From Patescibacteria group bacterium (GTDB taxonomy: Bacteria; Patescibacteriota; Minisyncoccia; JACQLN01): a stretch of 64,000 nt of DNA. The notes beneath the pieces are model-generated. The model saw only the letters and a program-made list of their open reading frames with translations, was not told the DNA's origin and did not search any database. Below, piece after piece: positions 57,276 through 64,000 of this stretch. The position numbers and the translations under genes were made by a program. The first letter of the stretch is position 1, and the number at the start of each line of letters is the position of its first letter. The stretch is from contig JBBTRR010000006.1 of assembly GCA_038065095.1 (NCBI GenBank), positions 84,713 through 148,712 of the forward strand, in the 5' to 3' direction.

Positions 57276-57960
57276 GCATGTTAATCACCTATTACTAAGT
57301 GCATGGACTATACCACCCTCTCTATTTTAGAGAGGACCGACGTGTTAGCCTTCCAGTTTTAATTGGAAAACTCCGTTCTTGGCTAAAACCAAGAACAAGT
57401 CTCTACGGGGTCAATGTACGTACTTTGCGTTTCTTAGAATAATTTAATTCTCTGTAAGAATCTACTAATTTTAGTAGTAGTCTAAAATCTTTTTCTGTTT
57501 CTATCTTTGATTTTAAATCAATTATTTTAAGCATTAACTCAACTTGTTTATTTTTAAGAATTACAAATGGTTTAATGTAGATTAAAAATTCTTTTACATC
57601 ATCAATACGATTAATAACATATTCAAGAATTCCATCTTTTCTAATACGCAAATTACCACAACCAATCAGAGAACAAACTTCTTCGAACTTAGTTTTTCCT
57701 TTGGCCGATTGAAAGAAAACTATATACAAAGCTATTTGATAACCAAAACGATAACTCGTATTTGGTTTAGCTCGAACATAGATACTTCCATCGCCATCTA
57801 AAAAACCAGCGATATAAGCTTTTTTGATTGGTGAAAGTAATTTAAACATACACGACTTCCCTCGGTATTATCCTAACACACGACAGGTTAAATGTGCATT
57901 AGGACTTCACCGATATGAGTCGATTTGTGCATCTCAACATCGCTGTTGAGAGCCGCCTTC
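57276..57960 (-). mobile_element. Group I intron in 23S rRNA (approx. E. coli position ~2593, PTC-proximal) encoding a LAGLIDADG endonuclease
   Basis: Exons ...GGGTTCAAACCGTC | intron | GTGAGACAGG... match E. coli GGGUUUAGAACGUCGUGAGACAG; boundaries +/- a few nt. Confidence 0.7.
57403..57849 (-). CDS. LAGLIDADG homing endonuclease (intron-encoded)
   Basis: 148 aa; KKAYIAGFLDGDGSIYV LAGLIDADG motif. Confidence 0.8.
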   Translation of the reverse strand: MFKLLSPIKKAYIAGFLDGDGSIYVRAKPNTSYRFGYQIALYIVFFQSAKGKTKFEEVCSLIGCGNLRIRKDGILEYVINRIDDVKEFLIYIKPFVILKNKQVELMLKIIDLKSKIETEKDFRLLLKLVDSYRELNYSKKRKVRTLTP

Positions 57961-58620
57961 TGACGGTTTGAACCCAGCTCGCGTACCTTTTTAATGGGCG
58001 AACAGCCCAACCCTTGGAAGCTTCTCCACCTCCAGGATAAGGTGAGCCGACATCGAGGTGCCGAACAGTGTCGTCGATATGGACTCTTGGACACTACCAG
58101 CCTGTTATCCCCGGGGTAACTTTTATCAGTTGATCTCTGCGTTGTTCTAATACAGCGCATCGGTTCACTAACTTCCACTTTCGTGCTTGCGCGGCTCTTT
58201 GGCCTTGCAATCAAGCTGGCTTGTGCGTTTACACTATCGCGCCGATTTCCATCCGGCGCTAGCCAACCTTAATAAACTCCTCCGTTACTTTTTAGGAGGA
58301 AAGCGCCCCACTTAAACTGCCCGCCAGGCACTGTCTTTCACTGGTTTAGAGTGAAGTTAGTTTTAGTAATCTCTAAGGATGGTATCTCACTGACGACTCC
58401 ATTCCGACCAAAATCGAAACTTCAAAGTCTCCCATCTATGCTGCGCAAAAAGATCGCTAAAACAATACCAAGCTGCAGTAAAGCTCCCGGGGTCTTTCCG
58501 TCTTGCTGCAGGTACCCGGCATCTTTACCGGAATTGCCCGTTCATCGGGCTTTTCGTTGAGACAGTCCCCCAGTCATTACGCCTTTCGTGCGCGTGGGAA
58601 CTTACCCCACAAGGTATTTC

Positions 58621-59330
58621 GCTTAATTTTGTTATTCTCTTATTCCGTCTCTTGAATAAGAACTCTTGTTGTCGCCAACAAGTTCGGACTATATCTTCTC
58701 CGATCTAAAGCGGAGTCTAGCGTGTAGTCTCTGAGGATTCTAAAAATTGAGATTTCTTTTTTCTATTCATTTTTTCAATCAATTCAGCTATTTCTTTTGC
58801 TCCATTCAGACTTAAGTGTTCACCTTTCGCAATTTTATAAATTGCGATTTTAAATAAATCGAAATCCTTTTTTTTAAAAGTCTTCAATTTATTTATTTCG
58901 AAGAAAGGTATAATTTTTTCTTGTAAATCTTTAATGGAACGTATACAAAATCGGTAAATATTTTCTTTGTGATTATCGTGTCTACGATTCACAAATATAT
59001 TTCCACATTTAAAATATTTTTTAAATATTTTTAGTGCCGGCAAACTTTTTTCTCCTTGAGTTATTACAAACTCCGGAAAAATTTGCCAACCATTTTTTGT
59101 AGTTTTATTCCTAATAAAACTTACAGAAAAACAACCTTCTCCATCGGTAAACCCTGTAATCCAACTCTCAATCTTTAGCCTTTCCTGCTGATTGTCTGCA
59201 CCGAATACTTTTTCACTATGTTTTAATTCCATTTTTCTATGGAATAATTATACCATAGTAGTATCGGATTCTTAAGGATTCTATCCACAGATATTCCAGC
59301 ATATAGCTAGATTTTACTAAGGCAGCTCAC
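58621..59330 (-). mobile_element. Group I intron in 23S rRNA at approx. E. coli position 1917 (helix 69) encoding a LAGLIDADG endonuclease
   Basis: Exons ...CCTAAGGTAG | intron | CGAAATACCTTGTGGGGTAAGTTCC... match E. coli CCUAAGGUAG/CGAAAUUCCUUGUCGGGUAAGUUCC. Confidence 0.75.
58717..59232 (-). CDS. LAGLIDADG homing endonuclease (intron-encoded)
   Basis: 171 aa; WITGFTDGEGCFSVSF motif. Confidence 0.8.
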   Translation of the reverse strand: MELKHSEKVFGADNQQERLKIESWITGFTDGEGCFSVSFIRNKTTKNGWQIFPEFVITQGEKSLPALKIFKKYFKCGNIFVNRRHDNHKENIYRFCIRSIKDLQEKIIPFFEINKLKTFKKKDFDLFKIAIYKIAKGEHLSLNGAKEIAELIEKMNRKKKSQFLESSETTR

Positions 59331-60627
59331 CTACCTTAGGACAATTATAGTTATTGCCGTCGTTCATCGGTGCTTCGGGACTTAGCATATCAGGCGAACC
59401 CAACACACCTCATCCGTTAACATCCCGACACTGGACAGGCGTCAGCCCCTATACATCCTCTTACGAGTTAGCAGGGACCTGTGTTTTAGATAAACAGTTG
59501 CCAGGGGGTCGTTTGCTGCGGCCTCGCTTTCGCGAGGCAGGCCTTTTTGCGAACTTACGGCCGTTCTTTTGCCGAGTTCCTTAACGAAAATTCACCCGTT
59601 CGCCTTCGTCTACTCGACGTGCCTACCTGTTTCGGTTTTAGTACGGTCGTTTGCGACTTAATCTTAGAAGCTTTTCTAGAAAGATGGCTTTGTAAAATTG
59701 ACTTCCCCGAAGGAAAATCTTTGTTAGTATCTGCAGTTTGCTATTAAAAGCAGGGCTCCGGTTTTTCCAGGAACCAACCTTTGATACTAAAGCGTTAAAT
59801 TCAATAATACGCTCTACATACTCATCTTCGTCACTTCATCGAAATCGCAAACGGCAAATGAATATTAACATTTCATCCATCCCCGAGATCCGTACATTGG
59901 ATCTACAAGTTAGGACCGGCTAACCCTTGGTTGATTTACATTGCCAAGGAAACCTTAGGCTTTCGGCGATCCGATTTCTCATCGGATTTGCGATTACTAG
60001 GGCCAACATTCTCTCTTCCTAACGCTCCAGCTGTCCTCACGGATCAACCTTCACAGCGGTTAGGAATGCTCTTCTACCACGCCCTCCAACCGAAGTTGGA
60101 GGGCATTCGCACGTTCGGTATTAGACTTAGCCCCGTTAAATCTTCGGCGCATTCTCCCGTAGTAGAGTGGTGAGTTGTTACACACTCTTTAAAGGATGGC
60201 TACCTCTAAGCCAACCTTCCACCTGTTTAAGGAAGAACACAGCCTTTTCCACTTAGTCTAAATTTAGGGACCTTACATGGCGATCAGGATTCTTCTCCTC
60301 TCGACTATGGAGCTTAGCCCCCACAGTCTAACTGCCTTGATACTCACCGTGGTATTCGGAGTTTGTTTGGAACAGATAACTTGCGTCACCCAATCCCATT
60401 CAGTGCTCTACCCCCACGGCTAATTACAAAGCGCTAGTCCTAAAACTATTTCGAAGAGAACCAGCTATTACCAGGCTCGATAAGCTTTTCACTTCTACCC
60501 ACAGTTCATCCCCCAGTGTTGCGCGACTGGTGAGTACGGACCTCCACTCTCCTTTCGGAGAGCTTCATCCTGACCATGGGTAGCTCGCTCTGGCTTCGGG
60601 TCTTATGCACACCACCTTCAAACTAGC

Positions 60628-60702
60628 TTCTTAGCTGATTAGCTTCAAAAGCTTGTTAGGAAAATTCCTAAAAAGCTAAAAGCTAACGAAGCTAAAAAGC
60701 TG
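60628..60702. repeat. PAL repeat, copy 7, forming an intervening sequence in 23S helix 25
   Basis: Inserted right after GGGAAACCGAGTCTTAATAGGGCG where helix 25 lies; sequence ...tagcttcttagctgattagcttcaaaagcttgttaggaaaattcctaaaaagctaaaagctaacgaagctaaaaagct. Confidence 0.65.
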
Positions 60703-60990
60703 ATTTGTACGCCCTATTAAGACTCGGTTTCCCTATGCTTGCGTCTAACAAAAGACTTAAGCAAGCGATGTACATAAAGTCGTTGGCTCATTCTCCAAGA
60801 GGCACACCATCACCCACCACTGCACAGCAGTGGAAGCTCCAATATACAATAAACAAATTCCAAACATATTTTGTTTGTTATTTGTAATTTGTGTTTTGAA
60901 ATTTCCAGTGCTGTGCACTGGTAAGGGCTATGATTCTTTGTAGGTAATTGATTTCAGGTACTATTTCACCGCCCTTCCGGGCTACTTTTA

Positions 60991-61021
<31 letters not shown>

Positions 61022-61689
61022 ATCTCAAAAGGTATTTAGCTTTGGGAGTATAGTCCTCCCGGTTTCACCCGAAGTTGTCGTTCCTCGGGCTACTCAGGAA
61101 TGGATAAGAACTAAGAGTTAATTTTCGCTTACAGGACTATCACCTTTTATAGTTGCCCTTTCCAGGAGCATTCTGCTAACTAAAACTTGTGTCCTTGCTT
61201 ACGCATAATCCATCCTACAACCCCAACCGTTCAATATAGAAATACTGCCCGATTGGTTTGAGCTGCTCCCTGTTCGCTCGCCGCTACTAAGGGAATAAAT
61301 TAAACAGTCATTGCTTTAGCCTACTAACCCCCTAGACTACGTGTGCCTAGGAAGTTAGTTTGCTAAAGATGAGTTGTTAATCTGACATATCTTTTCCTCT
61401 GCTTACTGAAATGTTTTACTTCGGCAGGTTCCCTTCTTGGAGTTACCAACCTCCAAGACAATCTCGGTTCACGAGACTAGATTTCTCCATTCGGAAATCC
61501 CCGGATCAAAACTTGCTACACAGCTCCCCGAGGCTTATCGCAGTTACGCCACGTCCTTCATCGGCCTTTTGAGTCAAGGCATCCACCAATTACCCTTAAG
61601 TTCACGAAAGCACTAAGACCACAAAATGGCCCGTGCTTTCCCTCTTTCCTACATAATCGCACTTTTCAAGTGATTAAAAATTCTATTCC

Positions 61690-61750
61690 GAGCTTCTAGA
61701 AATTTTGCTTTTTTGATTTTTAGGAATTTCCTAACAAGCTAAAAGCTAAC
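61690..61750. repeat. PAL repeat, copy 8 (partial) in 23S leader
   Basis: tttttaggaatttcctaacaagctaaaagctaac. Confidence 0.5.
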
Positions 61751-61910
61751 CCGGTAACGTACATTCGTATGCGTTACTGGGCTAATAACTAAAAGCTATT
61801 TGTATGATGCCGTTTACATGTTATTCAGTTGTTAATGTTCAAACGCTTATGATTTTATTCGTATCATTCGTATACATTCGTAGATTGGTATCGATATGCC
61901 GAAGGCATTA

Positions 61911-61938
61911 AAAAAATCCCGTGAAGCGGGATCGTTTA
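61911..61938 (-). terminator. Rho-independent terminator (minus strand) upstream of 23S leader
   Basis: Minus strand gatcccgcttcacgggat + ttttttt; second hairpin atgccttcggcat follows. Confidence 0.55.
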
Positions 61939-62019
61939 CAAACCGACTAAAACAGGACACGATCTCATTCGCTTCTATGTTTTAAATGGTATTTTTTTAA
62001 CGTCATAAACGTAAAGCCA

Positions 62020-62048
62020 TTATATTCTTTATATTATGTAGCGTCAAC
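62020..62048 (-). promoter_or_regulatory. Candidate sigma70-type promoter on minus strand
   Basis: Minus strand TTGACG-N17-TATAAT (plus-strand attata at 62020-62025, cgtcaa at 62043-62048). Confidence 0.4.
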
Positions 62049-62117
62049 CCCGTTAGAAACAGCCCGCCCCTAGGCCCTTTGGGCGCGCAAAGCGCGGGCG
62101 TGGTTTCTAACGGGGTC
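62047..62117. repeat. Palindromic element, CCCCGTTAGA-TIR family, copy B
   Basis: accccgttagaaac ... gtttctaacggggt 14-bp TIRs enclosing GC-rich hairpin gggcgcgcaaagcgcgggc. Confidence 0.7.
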
Positions 62118-62196
62118 AAGCAAAATTCAAATAAAAAAAGTGCAAAAACAAGGTGCACAAGGTTGACGAATCAAGGTTTTTAGAGTATTTTTGTAT

Positions 62197-62270
62197 AGCG
62201 GGGTGGAGCAATGGTAGCTTGCCAGGCTCATAACCTGGAGGTTCCCGGTTCGAGTCCGGGTCCCGCAACC
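62197..62270 (+). tRNA. tRNA-Met (anticodon CAT; initiator versus elongator not resolved)
   Basis: AGCGGGGTGGAGCAATGGTAGCTTGCCAGGCTCATAACCTGGAGGTTCCCGGTTCGAGTCCGGGTCCCGCAACC; anticodon loop cTCATAa; position 1-72 mismatch. Confidence 0.7.
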
Positions 62271-62420
62271 GCGAAAAATGCGCAGACGCATCTCGCGGCT
62301 TGCCCCGAAGAAATTCATAACTCATTTTCGGGGCAAGCTTTTGAGCGAGCCACGAGATAAAACAACTTCCTTTATACAAAGGGGGTTGTTTTATTTTTCG
62401 TGGCAGATTAATGTAATTAT

Positions 62421-62681
62421 ATGTTCTACTATGTTTATATTCTAGAAAGTCAGCTAGATGGAACTTGGTATACTGGTTTTACAAAAAACATAAAGCAGAG
62501 AATTATGCATCATAATTCTGGAAAAGGAGGAAAAACCACTAGACAAAAGAAGGATTGGAAAATAATTTATTGTGAAGCATATCTAAACAAAGAAGATGCA
62601 TTTGGAAGAGAAAAATTCCTAAAAGGAGGATCTGGAAAAAAATATCTTAAAAAACAACTTAAAAATTACCTAGCGACGTGA
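62421..62681 (+). CDS. GIY-YIG nuclease-domain protein (86 aa)
   Basis: YVYILESQLDGTWYTGFTKNIKQRIMHHNSGKG = GIY-x10-YTG + R..HN motifs. Confidence 0.75.
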   Translation: MFYYVYILESQLDGTWYTGFTKNIKQRIMHHNSGKGGKTTRQKKDWKIIYCEAYLNKEDAFGREKFLKGGSGKKYLKKQLKNYLAT

Positions 62682-62685
62682 GATT

Positions 62686-62710
62686 CCGGGTCCCGCAACC
62701 GCGAAAAATA
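62686..62710 (+). repeat. Direct repeat of tRNA-Met 3' end (tccgggtcccgcaaccgcgaaaaat), second copy
   Basis: Identical 25-mer at 62254-62278 (tRNA 3' end) and 62686-62710, bracketing the GIY-YIG gene. Confidence 0.8.
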
Positions 62711-62740
62711 AAACACCCTTTTAAGGGTGTTTTATTTTGG
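62706..62740. terminator. Bidirectional rho-independent terminator
   Basis: aaaacaccctt ttaa gggtgtttt with A-run before and T-run after. Confidence 0.65.
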
Positions 62741-63038
62741 TTTTTTCAAGCGTAGCAATGATTCTTTCTGTAATCATCAAATTGGAAAATTTACTTTGAA
62801 TGAAATTGAGTATGTACACCTGTTTATTCTCATCCATAATTTCTTCCCAGGGATTGAACTTAAGATGTAATTCAATCTCAAAAGGATCATCGATTGTGAG
62901 ACGGTCGAGGTTAACAAGAACACATTTAATCTCCAAAGATCGATCCGTAACCAAATAATTCCTATCATCATTATGAATAAGGAGAAACTCATTTCCCAAT
63001 TCTGCTATGGGATAAGCTATGTCTGATAGTGATAACAT
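62721..63038 (-). CDS. Hypothetical protein (105 aa)
   Basis: ORF only; tandem with 63051..63962. Confidence 0.35.
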   Translation of the reverse strand: MLSLSDIAYPIAELGNEFLLIHNDDRNYLVTDRSLEIKCVLVNLDRLTIDDPFEIELHLKFNPWEEIMDENKQVYILNFIQSKFSNLMITERIIATLEKTKIKHP

Positions 63039-63050
63039 AAAAATACTAAT

Positions 63051-63962
63051 CTAGTACAAAACTAATTCGACGTGCGAATCTGGGTTTTCTTTTTTAAACT
63101 TCTCAAAAATTCTCTTTATTCTAAAAAGTTCCACTCTATTTAATCCATTTTTGGCAGAAATATGTATAGATTCTATGTCATCAAGGTTCAGTCCCCCATG
63201 ATATTGAGCTTCATTGTAATTATAAGGATTTATAGGCATTCTAGTATTTACTTTAGAACCATCAACAATGCTTTCTATCTGGCCTGGAAATAATCCCACC
63301 AAATGAGGCCTGGCGGCAGGCGTGGGAGGAACATTGGAATAACAATAAAGAAGAGAATCCTGAAAAGTTATCGTCGCTTTTCTCAAAGCAATTTCTTTCT
63401 TGATTTTAATACTAACAGCACCATAGCGAGCAACATTATTTGGAGGTGGTACTTTTCCCTCAGAATTCATTTCCCCATTTTCTCCATCACTAAAATATCC
63501 ATAAATTGGCCGCTTCTCCTTATCGTGTAAAATATCATCTTCAAAACCAAACATTATATGTTCTTTAATAGATCTCGAACTTGGTGAGCAAAATGCTCCG
63601 CTTTTATAAGTTTCGAACTGAGATTTAAAGCGATGATCCTCTAAAAGAATCTGTTTTAAAACATGTACATTAACCGCCGTAAAAAAATCCGAGTTACCAA
63701 TGAGAGACTCAATTTTTTCTTGTACAAGCTTCTTTAGGTCGTCTACAGGTATTCCTCTTTCTTCTGCTAATCTTTTAAATTCAGATTCTTTTATTACTTC
63801 ACTATCCAAAATATTTTTTTTAATAGTATCCATAAGTTCGGGATTACCTTCAATCTGAAAATCATCCCAGCCCTCAAAATATTGGGAGTCCACCTCTGAA
63901 ATACTTTCTTGAGACTGTTCAGTCTCTGTTATATTTCTAGTTATACCTTCGCGAGAAAACAT
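63051..63962 (-). CDS. Hypothetical protein (303 aa)
   Basis: ORF only; no family recognized. Confidence 0.4.
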   Translation of the reverse strand: MFSREGITRNITETEQSQESISEVDSQYFEGWDDFQIEGNPELMDTIKKNILDSEVIKESEFKRLAEERGIPVDDLKKLVQEKIESLIGNSDFFTAVNVHVLKQILLEDHRFKSQFETYKSGAFCSPSSRSIKEHIMFGFEDDILHDKEKRPIYGYFSDGENGEMNSEGKVPPPNNVARYGAVSIKIKKEIALRKATITFQDSLLYCYSNVPPTPAARPHLVGLFPGQIESIVDGSKVNTRMPINPYNYNEAQYHGGLNLDDIESIHISAKNGLNRVELFRIKRIFEKFKKENPDSHVELVLY

Positions 63963-64000
63963 AAATTTAGCTAGATTTCATAAGATTATTTCTGGTTTTT

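Noticed and set aside
56652-60887. Short ORFs inside the 5S/23S region (56652..56858, 57095..57298, 57888..58214, 58351..58560, 59354..60173, 60705..60887)
   Set aside because: They lie within rRNA exon sequence. Only the two LAGLIDADG ORFs inside introns are accepted as coding.
62116-62379. Minus-strand ORFs overlapping tRNA-Met
   Set aside because: They overlap a well-folded tRNA and a palindromic element and have no coding support.

Overview
AT-rich bacterial window (about 35-40% GC by eye). The gene content and rRNA architecture (introns with homing endonucleases, unlinked 23S-5S, many small palindromic repeats) resemble a small-genome Patescibacteria/CPR-like organism; that placement is inference. 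Conserved backbone, most on the minus strand: hrcA-grpE-dnaK (dnaK partial at the window edge, CIRCE operator upstream of hrcA); corA, cysS, dnaB, recR on plus; rplU, rmuC, a P-type ATPase, tRNA-Glu; dcw cluster mraZ-rsmH-ftsL-ftsI-murF; tRNA-Ala; a large O-antigen-ligase/TPR membrane protein; rpoB-rpoC-rplJ-rplL in unusual order; ftsW; a 23S-5S rRNA unit on the minus strand whose 23S carries two group I introns (each with a LAGLIDADG ORF) plus a helix-25 intervening sequence; tRNA-Met with a GIY-YIG gene inserted at its 3' end. The most unusual locus is 22015-34312: a 2416-aa giant repetitive envelope/fibre-like protein (HTH-like N-terminus, TM segment, hundreds of GIGTTTPG beta-helix-like repeats, two exact 876-bp tandem copies, a phage tail-fibre-type S74 intramolecular chaperone domain). 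It ends in the N-terminal half of a mini-intein. The C-terminal half of that intein starts a separate 493-aa ORF about 3 kb downstream that continues the same repeat architecture. The two halves are separated by a higher-GC cassette encoding a Zn-ribbon/PD-(D/E)XK nuclease, a four-helix-bundle (Avd/S23-like) protein and an antisense DUF433/DUF5615 toxin-antitoxin-like pair, bounded by about 45-bp paired palindromes (aaggtcagacctt). I read this as a 'fractured gene'/split-intein arrangement created by a mobile nuclease cassette. The window also holds several families of small palindromic repeats, some sitting in-frame inside conserved genes (hrcA, rsmH, rpoC), one splitting a tRNA gene with a nested intact tRNA-Val, and one forming the 23S IVS.
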